This document shows positions 51,116 to 64,000 of a DNA stretch of 64,000 nucleotides, piece by piece. The notes below the pieces were generated by a model that was not told where the DNA came from, did no database searches, and saw nothing but the letters and a program-made list of their open reading frames with translations. Source of the DNA: Octopus sinensis (lineage: Eukaryota); contig NC_043021.1 of assembly GCF_006345805.1 (NCBI RefSeq), positions 23,994,001 through 24,058,000 of the forward strand, given 5' to 3'. The position numbers and the translations under genes are program-made. Each line of letters starts with the position of its first letter. Position 1 is the first letter of the stretch.

Positions 51116-52094
51116 TTTGCATGAATATATACTATACATAATAATGTGAAGTATATTTTGTATATTAAATTTCGGAAATTTATCAAGTGAAGCAGTTCTG
51201 TGGGGCATATTTGGAAATCTGGATGAAGTTAATTTTATCCCTCTTTGAAACAACAACGTTACCACAACTCAAGCGACCTCTATTTCTGGTGGATGTGCTT
51301 GATTCAAATCCGGGACGTTCTGCATCTTAGATACAATGGCAGAAGTGCCATATGCTCGTTTTGCAAGATTGGAGTCAAGTACTCACGAGCCTTCTCGAAC
51401 CTTACCTCCACCGTTGCGTACCTGATGCCTTGGTCCAGATATGTGATTTTCTTCATCACCGGTCCGAGGCATATTTCGAAAGGTCCTTCTTCAAAGTATT
51501 CCAGTTTTTTGTTTACTGTCATATGTCTTGTAGATTATGGTTTTCTCTCTTTTAGTTGATAATTCCACTTGGGATGGGGCGGGGGAGCAACTTTACTTCC
51601 TCTATCCCGTCTCCTGTTATCATTCAAAGAACGACTGAATTTCTGCCTTTTCAAGCAAAATGATTTCCTGTTGCCCTCCCACAACGGAGGCAATTTTTTT
51701 ATACACTGGTGTTCTAAAGAAGACATTTTGTTTTTTTAAAGAAAAGTTCTAACACAGGAGCAAAAATAGTCATGCACAAAGTTGAAAATCCTTCCCTAAG
51801 AGGGAAGGATAACCATTCAACAAAGGAAAAAGTCTTTCAACAACGTTTCCCTTACGGGAAACCAACATAAAGCAAAACTTGCAAGCAGGTAACAAAATGT
51901 AACAAACAAACCTTACGGTCGCAACGGTGTAGCTGAAAAAAACCACTTGCCAAAGACAGAGATGATTTAACAACGGTATAAAAAATCTATGTTAATTTAT
52001 TGATGCATTTCGAAAAGTCTGTTTGTATTAATCAGACAATTGCCAAAAATGTTTAAAAAATTCAAAACTTTGCCGAGTTCTGAATATAGGCTAT

Positions 52095-53123
52095 AATAAG
52101 AATAGCCTGGGCAAAGTTTAGGGAGCTCTTACCTCTGCTGGTGACTAAAGGCCTCTCGCTCAGAGTAAAAGGCAGACTGTATGATGCATGTGTACGAACA
52201 GCCATGCTACATGGCAGTGAAACATGGGCCGTGACTGCTGAGGACATGCGTAAGCTCGCGAGGAATGAAGCCAGTATGCTCCGATGGATGTGTAATGTCA
52301 GTGTACATACCCGACAGAGCGTTAGTACCTTAAGAGAAATGTTGTACCTAAGAAGCATCAGTTGTGGTGTGCAAGAGAGACGATTGCGCTGGTATGGTCA
52401 TGTGGCGAGAATGGAAGAAGATAGGTGTGTGAGAAAGTGCCAATCCCTAGCAGTTGAGGGAACCCGTGGAAGATGTAGACCCAGGAAAACCTGGGATGAG
52501 GTGGTGAAGCACGACCTTCGAACTTTAGGCCTCACTGAGGAAATGACCAGCGACCGAGACCTTTGGAAATATGCTGTACGTGAGAAGACCAGGCAGGACA
52601 AGTGAGCCCAGCCCACTTATGCATGCCTTTCCTCCCTTCGACACAAAGACCTGTTGAGGCAAGCGAAGTGGATATAGAACCTCATCCGACGACAGGCACC
52701 CATGCCAACCCCCTCTGCTTGCGAAGACATGTTGGGGCAAGTGAAATCGAAATCGAACCAATCCTATGACTGGCACCCGGCAGATGCCAGGACCCCTGGA
52801 CTGGTGGTACGTAAAAAGCACTATCCGAATCGTGGCCGATGCCAGCGCCGCCTCGACTGGCTTCCGAGCCGGTGGCACGTAAAATGCACCAATCTGACCG
52901 TGGCCGTTGCCAGCCTCGCCTGGCACCTGTGCAGGTGGCACGTAAAAAGCACCCACTACACTCACGGAGTGGTTGGCGTTAGGAAGGGCATCCAGCTGTA
53001 GAAACATTGCCAGATAAGACTGGAGCCTGGTGCAGCCTTCTGGCTTCCCAGATCCCCGGTCGAACCGTCCAACCCATGCTAGCATGGAGAACGGACGTTA
53101 AACGATGATGATGATGATGATGA
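52095..53123 (+). mobile_element. RTE-clade LINE 3' end (ORF C-terminus, 3' UTR, (GAT)n tail)
   Basis: KGRLYDACVRTAMLHGSETW, RRLRWYGHVARM, RGRCRPRKTW; ends in (GAT)n. Confidence 0.9.
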
Positions 53124-53459
53124 TATATATATATAAAACCAAAAAGCCAGTTCTAGAATTTCTCATTTCTCTTAGAGATGAAGGCAGTAGTTGTATTAGT
53201 AAGTAATGTTCATAGCCACTTCAACATGGCTGTTCCGTTTGAACTGACTTTGCTGCAATTTTTAATCCCAAGTGGACATCTCCTGTAGTTGGTTAACGAT
53301 GCACAGCTGCATATATTGCAAACAGTACAGTGAACCCCTACCTCCTTTTAGTGACGGGATCAGCAGACCCGTCCCATTTAGGGCTATTTCTGCCTCCCTT
53401 CAGTACTGGACACCTCGTCTGCTAGAGATGGCAGTAGCTCGCAGTATGTATAAATTCAA

Positions 53460-54120
53460 GACGGCGAGATGTCAGAAACGTTAGCACGCTGGGCGAAATG
53501 CGGTATTTCGTCTGCCGTTACGGTCTGAGTTCAAATTCCGCCGAGATGGACTTTGCCTTTCATCTTTTCGGGGTCGAGAAATTAAGTACCAGTTACGGAC
53601 TGGGATCGATGTAATCGACTTAATCCCTTTGTCTGACCTTGTTTGTCCTCTCTATGTTAAGCCTCTCTATGTGGGCAATAAAGAAATGAGAATTGTTAGC
53701 ACACCAGGCGAAATGCTTAGTGGTATTTCGTCTGTCTTTACGTTCTGAGTTCAAAATCCGCCAAAGTCGACTTTGCCTTTCATCTTTTCGGGGTCGAGAA
53801 ATTAAGTACCAGTTGCATACTGGGGGTCGATCTAATCGACTCTCCCCACCACCACCAAAAACATTCGGGCCTTGTGCTTAGGGTAAATAAGATTATTCTC
53901 TTTGCATTTTAAGGCAGCGAGCTGGCAGAGTGGTTAGCACGCCGGGCGAAATGCTTAGCAGTATTTCGTCTGTCGACATTCTGAGTTCAAATTCTGCCGA
54001 GGTCGTCTTTGTCTTTCGAGGTCGATAAATTAAGTATCAGTTACGTACTAGGGTCGATCTAATCGACGGGCCCCCTCCCTCAAAATTTCGGGCATTGTAC
54101 CTTGAGTAGAAAAGAATACA
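53460..54120 (+). mobile_element. SINE family A dimer plus monomer
   Basis: Three repeats of the central segment. Confidence 0.85.
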
Positions 54121-54439
54121 TATAAATTCAAGAGAACACACAGGGTGGTGTTGGGGTGGATTGGGGTTCAGCACGATTCGCTTTACTCCTTCTCCTTTTC
54201 TTCCTTCTTCTGCCGTCTTCCCATTCTTTTGGTACTTCCTCCTCTTCCCTTGTATTCTGCTCCCTTATATTCTGTTCCTCCTCGGTTACTACCGAGGAGT
54301 TTTGACACAGAGGTCACACACACACACACACACACTCATATATATTTAATAATAGCAGTTTGACTCGGCACAATGCAACTTAAAATCTGTTGGCTCAAAG
54401 GCATATTGGAAATCAAGCAAGAAGTTGAGTCAAACTGTT

Positions 54440-54835
54440 GAGTGGCTGTGTGGTAAGTAGCTTGCTAATCAACCACATGGTTCTGGGTTCAGTCCCACTG
54501 CGTGGCATCTTGGGCAAGAGTCTTCTGCTATAGCCTCGGGCCGACCAATGCCTTGTGAGTGGATTTGGTAGAGGGAAACTGAAAGAAGCCTGTCGTATAT
54601 ATGTATATATATATAAGTGTGTGTGTATATGTTTGTGTGTCTGTGTTTGTCCCCCTAGCATTGCTTGACAACCGATGCTGGTGTGTTTACGTCCCCGTCA
54701 CTTAGCGGTTCGGCAAAATAGAACGATAGAATAAGTACTGGGCTTACAAAGAATAAGTCCCGGGGTCGATTTGCTCGACTAAAGGCGGTGCTCCAGCATG
54801 GCCGCAGTCAAATGACTGAAACAAGTAAAAGAATA
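54440..54835 (+). mobile_element. SINE family B, full length
   Basis: Family consensus. Confidence 0.92.
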
Positions 54836-55039
54836 CATGTAAATGCTATCGAATGTGTTGAGTGCCTATTTCTTTAGTTTATCCACCCACTTATGGTGTT
54901 GTCAACATAAGACTACAATGAAAGATACTTGTCCAAGGAGTTGCACACTGGAGTGGAACCTGAAACCATGTGGTTATGAACCTGGTGTCATGACAATAAC
55001 TATTTCATACAAAAAATTTATCATAGAATTCTAAGCAAA

Positions 55040-55262
55040 ACCTATTTCTTTACTACCCACAAGGGGCTAAACACAGAGAAGACAAACGGATTAAGTTGAT
55101 TATATCAACCCCAGTGCGTAACTGGTATTTATTTAATCAACCCCGAAATTATGAAAGGCAAAGTTGACCTCGGCGGAATTTGAACCCAGAACGTCGCGGC
55201 AGATGAAATACTGCGAAGCACTTCGCCCGGCGTGCTACCGATTCCGCCAGCTCCTGCCGCCT
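55040..55262 (-). mobile_element. SINE family A monomer
   Basis: Reverse complement of the head, centre and first tail. Confidence 0.85.
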
Positions 55263-56085
55263 TCTAAGCAAAACCAAAGCATGAATGTACGACTTACTTA
55301 CCTGCATTAATAACAGAAATGGAAATATTTTCAACTAGGAATTTAAAATTAAGATAAAGAAAAAACAACGCCAAGACAGTTGTTGTCCATGTTTTACTTA
55401 TAATCTCTTTTATAGACACACAGACAAAATTGTTAATGACATTTCAAAATACAAGTATATATATATATATATTATATATATATATATACATACACACACA
55501 CATACATACATACATACACACAAATATGCAATGATTGTTCTTTTGTTAAATGAGCATTTGTTAAAACACTTCACAGACGTGCATAAAGAATAAACAGTTT
55601 ACAACAATCTGTACCATGATGAGTCTTTAATTGCAAGGAGGTGGAGTCACTTCACTTCAAAAGGATATGTTCTCAATAATAACTCTGTGTGTGTGTGTGG
55701 TACATGAGTGTGCGTACACATGTGCATTCCTTTGTTTGAAGGCAAAACTTTACTTGGTTATTGTATGCAATGATACAGCAAAAGATTTAGCTCCAAAACA
55801 TATATAAACATATATAAACAGCTCCATACATAAGGAGTGCACTTTTCCTCTCATTTGTACAGCTATACACACACAGAAAACACTCGTACGTAATATCAAT
55901 GACATTTACTCACACAAAAGTCTGCAATGTGGAAAATCTTAGCTTGAGTTGAAGATTAAAGTGGGAAGAAAAAAACAGATATGATGATTAGCACTGCATT
56001 ACAATCAGATATATACACACAGGCGGACTTACATATCCATGTGTAAATACAGGTATAAGGATTTAAATTTGTGCATGAGTATAAT

Positions 56086-56120
<35 letters not shown>

Positions 56121-56149
56121 CATCTATATATATATATATGAATACACAC

Positions 56150-56189
<40 letters not shown>

Positions 56190-56225
56190 TAGAGAATATT
56201 ATAATATATTTTATTCCCTAATATT

Positions 56226-56270
<45 letters not shown>

Positions 56271-56620
56271 TACACATTATTACTTATATATATATATATA
56301 CTTACATATGCACAAAAGAATATGCATACACACACACACACATGCATACACATACACACACACATCTTCTGTATCTTGTGTATATCCCCCCACCACCAAT
56401 CGACAACTGGTGGTCGGGAGTTTTTACATCCTCATAACTTAACAGGTCAGCAAAAGGAACAATAGAATAACAGGCTGCAAAAATAAGCACTGGTGTTGAT
56501 CCATTGAAATAAAAATTCTCCAATGCAATGCCCCAGCTTGGCCATTATCTAATGACTGAAATAAAGTAAGATATATACACATACATACATATACTTTTAT
56601 ACATATCAACCTATATATAT

Positions 56621-56652
<32 letters not shown>

Positions 56653-56808
56653 ATATAATATATATAGGTTGATATGTTGATATATACATATCAATTTATC
56701 TCTCTATCTCTCTCTATATATACACACACATACACGCACACATATATGCAAATGCATGCATATATATTCATGCACACATATCTACATATAACTATATATA
56801 TATACTCA

Positions 56809-56852
<44 letters not shown>

Positions 56853-57300
56853 TTAATATGAATTGAACTAGTTTCATCTCATATATACATACAAATATAT
56901 ATATAATATATATATATATACACACACACACATGCATATATATATGTATGTATATACATGCATACACACACACACACACACATTATATACATATAAGGCA
57001 AAGAAGAAAACAGAAGATAATTAACAAACATCAGACTGCAAGCATTAATTGGATCTATTTACTAATTACAAGCAGATATATATAAATAAGTAAATAAATA
57101 TATGAGTGAATAATATAATCATTCAGCTGTTTCTCCTTTAGGGGTGGGGGTCCATCCTGCCAAAGATGACCCCATCATATCAATATTACAGAGATTGTAC
57201 AAAAGTTGGACAAAGGTTGGACAGAGGTTGGGCAATAATTGAGCCCTAAAGCTTCATCAGAGAATCCATAAGGGTAAGAATTAAACATGTGAGGAAGTAT

Positions 57301-57676
57301 ATCATCATCATCATCACCATTGTTTAACGTCCGCTTTCCATGCTGGCATGGGTTGGACGGTTCAACTGGGGTCTGGGAAGCCAGAAGGCTGCACCAGGCC
57401 CAGTCTGATCTGGCAGTGTTTCTACAGTTGGATGCCCTTCCTAACGCCAACCACTCCGTGAGTGTAGTGGGTGCTTTTTACATGCCAATGGCACAGGTGC
57501 CAGATGAGACTAGCAAACAGCCACGATCGGATGGTGCTTTTTATGTGCCACTGGCACAGGTGCCAGATGAGGCTGGCAAACGGCCACGATCGGATGGTGT
57601 TTTTTATGTGCCACTGGCACAGGTGCCAGATGAGACTGGCAAATGGCCACGATCGGATGGTGCTTTTTACGTGCCA
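57301..57676 (-). mobile_element. 3' UTR fragment of the same RTE family, with 63-bp tandem units
   Basis: Reverse complement of about 52790-53120; (ATC)n at left end. Confidence 0.85.
57470..57676. repeat. 63-bp tandem repeat, 3.3 units, inside RTE 3' UTR
   Basis: Unit starts 57470, 57533, 57596, 57659. Confidence 0.9.
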
Positions 57677-58029
57677 AAATAAAAATAGTAAGGAATGGTA
57701 AAAAAAAAGTCAATTCCAAGGTAATATCCATAGGTTATGAGATTACATCCTATTCCAATTTACTTGAAATACTTATAAATATGATTGTAATTAATAAATA
57801 GATCCAATTAATGTTTGCAGGTTGATGTTTGTTAATTAAATTCTCTTCTCCATTTTCTTCTTTGCCTTATAAATTCTAGGCAAATTCCTGTTTACACCCA
57901 TGCATACCTATTGTTCAATTGTGCTATTGCTTTGCAACAGTAAGCATTTGGATATAAATACATAGGTATACATCCAGTAGTATATTAGACATTTATTATC
58001 CCTTAGATGCTTGCTTAACCTCTAACTCA

Positions 58030-58046
58030 TATATACACACACACAT

Positions 58047-58078
<32 letters not shown>

Positions 58079-58236
58079 CATACACATACATATAAACAGA
58101 CATGCATACATATATACATGTAAATATACACACACATAGACATATATATACATATATATAAACACACAGAGACATATATATATATACATACATACATATT
58201 TGTGTGTATATATATATGTACATATATATATTTGTT

Positions 58237-58268
<32 letters not shown>

Positions 58269-58296
58269 TGTATTTGTTTATATATATATATATATT

Positions 58297-58335
<39 letters not shown>

Positions 58336-58368
58336 TTGTTTATATATATATATACACATATATTTATA

Positions 58369-58410
<42 letters not shown>

Positions 58411-58469
58411 TATTTATATATATATATACACACATATATATTTGTTATATATATATATAAACACACACA

Positions 58470-58511
<42 letters not shown>

Positions 58512-58670
58512 TATATATAAACACACACAGACATATATATATATATACATACACATACATATAAACAGACATGCATACATATATACATGTAAATATACAC
58601 ACACATAGACATATATATATATACATACATACATATTTGTGTGTATATATATATGTACATATATATATTT

Positions 58671-58711
<41 letters not shown>

Positions 58712-58744
58712 TGTATTTGTTTATATATATATATATATGTATTT

Positions 58745-58782
<38 letters not shown>

Positions 58783-58960
58783 TTGTTTATATATATATTA
58801 TATATATATATGTATTTGTTTATATATATATACACATATATTTATATGTGTGTGTATATATATATATATTATATATATATATACACACATATATATTTAT
58901 ATATATATATACACACATATATATTTGTTTATACACACACACACATATATATATATAAAC
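58030..58960. repeat. Compound (TA)/(CA) microsatellite with internal higher-order duplication
   Basis: Block ACATATAAACAGACATGCATAC...TATTTGTGTGTATA at about 58085 and 58555. Confidence 0.85.
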
Positions 58961-61150
58961 ATGCATACAGGATTCACCAAAAGCCAAAGAAGAGATAGAC
59001 GAAATGATGCCCCAATTGTCCACAGAAGAGATGTCCACTGTTGCTGAGTTTGAGAAAGTAAAGTCAAAAAAAAAAAAAAAAATGAAGCCACATGTTGACA
59101 AGCATTAAAGATTATGAGTTGGAAAATGAATTTAGTGAAAGCGTTCAGCTGAACTGAAAAGAAAATAACCTGCTGCACTCATTCGTCACAGAAGACAAAG
59201 GATATTGTGCAGGTTGTGGAGGGGTGGAGTATGAAGAGAGTGTGGTGTTAGTAAGTTATCAGTGGTATTTTGGGGGTTTTTTTGTATATAAATTACACAC
59301 AGAACCATGTGCTGTGATGTGCTTTCTCTTTCAATTTGATAGGAACGACAGTCAGTGAGTGCTGAGCTCAAAACTTATTTACGGTTTGATCACAAACAGA
59401 TCTTTGTAGCTGTTGCCATAGTCATCCTTGTTGTGTGGCCCCTAAGGAAGCTCCAAAGAATAAAAGAACACTGGTGTACAGGCATTGGATTTAATGACAA
59501 AAGATACGAGTCATCCATCTGTTGTTTTTCCAATCAATCACCATGCCCCTCCCCACTCTGATATGCAGGGTTTAATCATATGAAGAGGTTGGGATGTGTT
59601 GCACTCACTCCCCTTCCACTTGCCCAGTATATTTTTGAGCAAACGCCGCTGTTGTTAGGTCGAGCTCTGCCTTCATTGATCAGGAAACCTATGAGTAAAA
59701 GCATTCCAGTTAAGCCCATCACCTCTACTTTCCAACATGCAAAAAATCCAGTACCACATTATTCAACATGTCCTTTTCTCAGATAGCAAGGTGTGATGTG
59801 AGGAAGATTTAGCTAAGAATAGGTTCCCAATGGTAGGCATGGTCAACTCAATCAGTGTGACACCTGCTGTTCCTCTACACTTCACAGACGACGGTGTAGA
59901 CCCCAACATAGCATTTAAGGGCTGATGACATCACTGAGGGTGGAAGCTATATTTTTGTGCATGTGTTTTTGGTTCATAAGTTTGTCTATGGAAGCAACAA
60001 AGTTTTAGGATGGTGTTGTAGATGTACCTGGCTTTTGGGTGGTATTTAGACGTACCTGGTTGTTTTAATATGGTGTTGTAGATGTATTTTGGTGCTGTGG
60101 ATGTACCTGGAGGTTTTAGGATGGTGTTGTAGATGCATCAAGGTATTTTGGGGGTGATTTCACACATCCATGCATTTGTGTCTCATTTCTGATATCGAAT
60201 CCTTGCATAAGTGATGTTTTGTGTTCTTTGCAGCTAGTTTTGGAGCTGAGTCAAGGTTGCAATAATATCTGATGAATCTAATATATTCTTTGTAGATCAG
60301 TTTTGTTTTGATTGAATGTAGCAGTGGAGAGCACTCTTAAGTATGACAGTCGATCATTTTGCTTTCTTCACCATGCCTTCTGTGTGTGTGTGTGTGTGTG
60401 TGATGAATATCATAGAGGTGTTGCATGCAACCCTTAGTATCTTGCTTCAGAGAGAGAGAGAGAGTGTGTGTGAATGTGATGGTTGGTGGTATTTGATACT
60501 CTGGCTACAGGTGGAAGCAGTTGACTTCATAGGTGCTCCTTCAAGAGTGATGATTTGGAGCCAAGTTTCAAGATGAATGATGTAGAGGTTTAAGTTCTAC
60601 AGCTATGCCTGGAGAATGTTGAGGAGAGGATGTGAGTGTGTCATCGACTACATATGAGTCTGCTGTGTGGTATACTTTGTCAAGTGATTGAAAGGACGGA
60701 TCCTTGCTGTACTCCATTTAAGACATTTTAAACTTTAGAAAGTATTGTTTTTGTGTACAACATACAAAGATCTGCTGTTGATGACGATGGTGAATGTAAG
60801 AACACCACCCCCACTGCTAAATCTGTCCCTGGACAATGGTTCTGTTTCAAGGACCAGAGAAACATGATGCAAATACACAATGGCATGGATCCATACTGTT
60901 TTGTTGTAGATCTTTAGGGGACAGCAAACTGTACATGGATAGAAGGACAGATTTCAAAAGTGTTTTGCTATCCCCTCCAGTAGGAAAATACAGAAGCTTT
61001 GGCTCAAACTATGGCTTACAAACTTCAGGAACAGCTGGATAACACAGCCAAGAGGATCTACACTGGTATGTAGAATTTGAAGTATATCTATCACACATAC
61101 AGGAAGCATATCACCAGCAATTGAACCTTCACTCAGCTGTATGTTTTTTC

Positions 61151-62362
61151 TTATATCTGGCCTGGTGGAGCTCCAACGCTTTGGAGAACACTATTGGTTA
61201 TTAGAGCATCACAACAGATATTGGTGGGATTGCTGGATCGGCACGGATTTGTGTGGATCTTAAAATGTCTTTTGAGGAGACTCTGTGTTGCGAATGCTCC
61301 ATTACACACTTGGCATTTGAATGGTCGAATCCCAGTGTGAATTGTAATGTGCTCCTTTAGAGAGCTGCTCCGGGAGAATGATGACCCACATTCAGAGCAA
61401 TGGAAAGCTTTGATGCCAGTATGTACTTGGTTGTGCTTCTTCAGGTCACTTCGTTGTATAAATGCTGCAGGGCACAGTGGGCATTTGAATGGTTTGATTC
61501 CCAGATGAATTTTGCGATGGCGCTTTAGCAGGCTTTGTGTTGTGAACGCTACGCCGCAGTCTTCACACTTGAGTGGTTTCTCGCCATTATGAATCGCATG
61601 GTGTTGCTTTAAGGAATGTCTGCGAGAAAAAGCAGCCGGACAGCTTGTACACTTGAATGGTCTTTCACCAGTGTGGACTCGACCGTGTTTAACAAGGTCA
61701 CTGTTTTGTGCAAAAGCGGCATCGCACAAATCACAGGAATATGGTTTGACTCCAGCATGGAGAAGTCTGTGCCGATTGAGAAGGCTGTGTGTGGTGAAGC
61801 CGGAACCACAGAATTGGCAGACATATGGCTTTTCCCCAGTGTGGCACATGCGGTGCTGTTTGAGTGAGCTGCGGCGGGAGAAAGCTGCAGAGCAGAGGTC
61901 ACAAAGGAAGTCTTTTTCTCCAGTGTGTGTCTTGCGATGTTTTGAGAGGTCACTACGCTGGATAAAGGCAGCAGGACATAGGTCACATTGGTGTGGCCTG
62001 ATGCCCGAGTGAATCATAGCATGTCTTTGGAGTAGGCGTTGAGTGGAAAAGGCTGATGTACAAGACATCACAGGGCATGGGAAGGGTTTGTCACCAGAGT
62101 GGTTCATTTTGTGCTGCTTGAGTGAGGTGTTGCGTGAAAATGCAGCTGGACAAACGTCACATTTAAAGGGCTTCTCACCTGTGTGGACACGTCGGTGCTT
62201 CACAAGGTCACTGTTTTGGGAGAAGGAAAGAGGGCAGATGTCACATTGAAATGGCTTTTTGTCAGAATGGATTGTAGCATGTCTTTTCATAAGGTATTCA
62301 GTAGCAAATGTTGAGCCACATGTTTCACACCGAAAAGATTTTATCGGTACCAACTCTGACAT
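61151..62362 (-). CDS. C2H2 zinc-finger protein, 13 tandem fingers, 403 aa, single coding exon
   Basis: 13 C-x2(4)-C-x12-H-x3-H units with TGEKP-like linkers; uninterrupted ORF; A at -3 of the ATG; upstream in-frame stops. Confidence 0.95.
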   Translation of the reverse strand: MSELVPIKSFRCETCGSTFATEYLMKRHATIHSDKKPFQCDICPLSFSQNSDLVKHRRVHTGEKPFKCDVCPAAFSRNTSLKQHKMNHSGDKPFPCPVMSCTSAFSTQRLLQRHAMIHSGIRPHQCDLCPAAFIQRSDLSKHRKTHTGEKDFLCDLCSAAFSRRSSLKQHRMCHTGEKPYVCQFCGSGFTTHSLLNRHRLLHAGVKPYSCDLCDAAFAQNSDLVKHGRVHTGERPFKCTSCPAAFSRRHSLKQHHAIHNGEKPLKCEDCGVAFTTQSLLKRHRKIHLGIKPFKCPLCPAAFIQRSDLKKHNQVHTGIKAFHCSECGSSFSRSSSLKEHITIHTGIRPFKCQVCNGAFATQSLLKRHFKIHTNPCRSSNPTNICCDALITNSVLQSVGAPPGQI

Positions 62363-62470
62363 TATGGTGGATTTGACAGACTAAAAAGTCAACCATATAT
62401 TACATAATCACTTAAAATGATGTTTTACTTTGGATTTGGCTAAACCAATGTTGATGCCAGAAAGTGTCAC

Positions 62471-62492
62471 CTGAACAGAATGTGTCAGTTGA
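62471..62492 (-). promoter_or_regulatory. Probable splice acceptor of the zinc-finger coding exon (exon starts 62470, about 108 nt 5' UTR before ATG)
   Basis: Minus strand CAACTGACACATTCTGTTCAG|GTG: CTGAC branch-like motif, pyrimidine tract, AG. Confidence 0.6.
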
Positions 62493-64000
62493 ACTTTAAA
62501 TTTCATTTAAAAACGTGTGTATGTGTGTGTGGTTTTGGGCATGTTCCTCTATGTAGATAAGTGACAATGGTGTGTGTGTGTGGGGGGGGGGGGATTTATT
62601 GAATCACTTTTTGAAATTATAGGATTTTTGGAAGTTGTTCTAAAAATAATAAGTGCTTATCGTTATTGTTGTTGTTAATATTATTACTATAATGAAATAT
62701 TTGCATGTTTGTATTTCATATCATTAGCATCGCCAAAACCAAAACACCACAATATAAACACACAAATGCTCTCGTCTCAAATATTAACACTATTCAAATG
62801 TATTTAGCAAAATCTGGATTATTAATCCCAGTAACATACAGAAAATCATTCAAGCTTCCTACCATCTCTCTCTCTCTCTCTCTCTCTCTTTCATTTACAA
62901 AGGAAGAACAGCAATTTAAATACAACTTCATCAAGATAGAACCTTTGTTCTTCTTACGCTTGCTTTCTCCTCTTTATACTTTTGCTAACAATTAAGAACA
63001 GGGTTATGACTTTTAGGCTTTTCAGAAGGTTCGTTTCATTAACGAGGACAAACAGCACAGACGAAACAATCATCCGATGATAAAGTTGAAATGAGAGCAA
63101 TGAAACATCAAAGACAAAAACAAAAATTAAATAAATAAAAATAAAATTTAAATATTGGTTTCTTTCCTTTTTTTCCTTGTTTTTTTCTTCTTCTTTTTGT
63201 TACCTTTGTCACAGATATAACGATGTCGTTAAAACATAGGTTCTAGTATCAAATAACTGTGACGATGGAAGAATCATGGTACCTTTCAATGGTTTTATCA
63301 CCTCCCAATTTTCATCAAGTGATAGGAAGGAAGACTTTTCATTTTGAAGCATATATCCAAATTCAATGCAACAAGCTGTCCCTTAAATGTGGTTTCTTGC
63401 AGGTTGTCAGAACAGAAGTTAACTCCTTCATATGAACAGGTAGTAGTAGTAGAAGTGCTGGTGCAATAATGGTGAAGATGATGACAATGATGATGATGGT
63501 GGTGGTGGTGGTAGAGGTGTTCTTGCAAGTAAAACCTGCCAACAGAAAGTGTTAGAGAGTTATTAAGGTTATGACACACTTCAAACAGAAAAAACATAAT
63601 TCATTACAGATAAATATGACAAGCCAATGTCATCAAATTAGGATATACTATATGAGGGAGCATTCTCTAAACAGTGCACCACAAGAGACATCTAAGTGCC
63701 TTGCAGATTTAAAAAAAATATAATTTAACCCTTTTGATACAAACTGGCCTGGAATTATCTCTGGTTCTATGCTGTAGCTTTCCTATTTTAAAATGCTATA
63801 AATTACAAGCCTTCAAAATACTGTGCTAATTTATGTTTCAGACACCAACTTAATGATCACAAGGTTAATTTGGAAAATTCTTACAGGCTGTAAGTGTTAC
63901 AAAGTTCACTTTGCAGCCACGTCTTCTACTACAACCCTGGACCAACCAATATCTGGTGAGTGAATTTTGGAGACAAAACCTGAGGAAGCCACAGGTATCA

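Noticed and set aside
51245-51973. Short ORFs possibly from an L1/Tx1 ORF1
   Set aside because: No motif I can identify with confidence; left unannotated.
57141-57273. Plus-strand AG...GT bounded segment as an exon
   Set aside because: Stops in all three frames and no partner exons found.
57498-57520. CAGATGAG...CAAAC in the 63-bp RTE units as a hammerhead
   Set aside because: U4 and G12 absent; sequence is better explained as a simple hairpin.
59915-59955. CTGATGA at 59922 (also 25285, 50792, 60271)
   Set aside because: No correctly placed GAAA plus helix I/III.
61609-62249. Antisense and alternate-frame ORFs over the zinc-finger gene
   Set aside because: Shadow ORFs of a repetitive coding sequence.
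63298-63597. His/Thr-rich 99-aa ORF
   Set aside because: Built around (CAT)/(CAC)/(TAC) microsatellite; no domain or convincing splice pair.

Overview
AT-rich, microsatellite-saturated eukaryotic DNA, most likely a coleoid cephalopod (Octopus-type tRNA-derived SINEs, single-exon C2H2 array; inference, no database check). There is a 100-N gap at 32844-32943. Two host genes are supported, both on the minus strand. (1) A 3-coding-exon, 160-aa secreted stanniocalcin-like gene (32518-32395, 24826-24666, 13173-12976). The ORF track does not assemble it; it was rebuilt from splice sites, matching phases and Cys spacing. (2) A single-exon 13-finger C2H2 zinc-finger CDS (61151-62362) with a strict ABC triplet periodicity of recognition helices. 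The rest is transposon-derived: a co-oriented pile of R4/Dong-type RLE LINE fragments in (TAA)n microsatellite (1-12.3 kb), RTE and CR1/L2-group LINEs, four SINE families, Tc1/mariner/maT elements, Helitron ends, an 8-bp-TSD TIR element and a solo LTR. Several short repeats next to (TA)n tracts carry hammerhead-ribozyme motifs of the Penelope/retrozyme minimal type. One has a fully canonical core (29143-29231) and lies in the sense strand of intron 1 of the stanniocalcin-like gene. Repeat boundaries are read by eye and are approximate unless TSD, TIR or splice sites are quoted.
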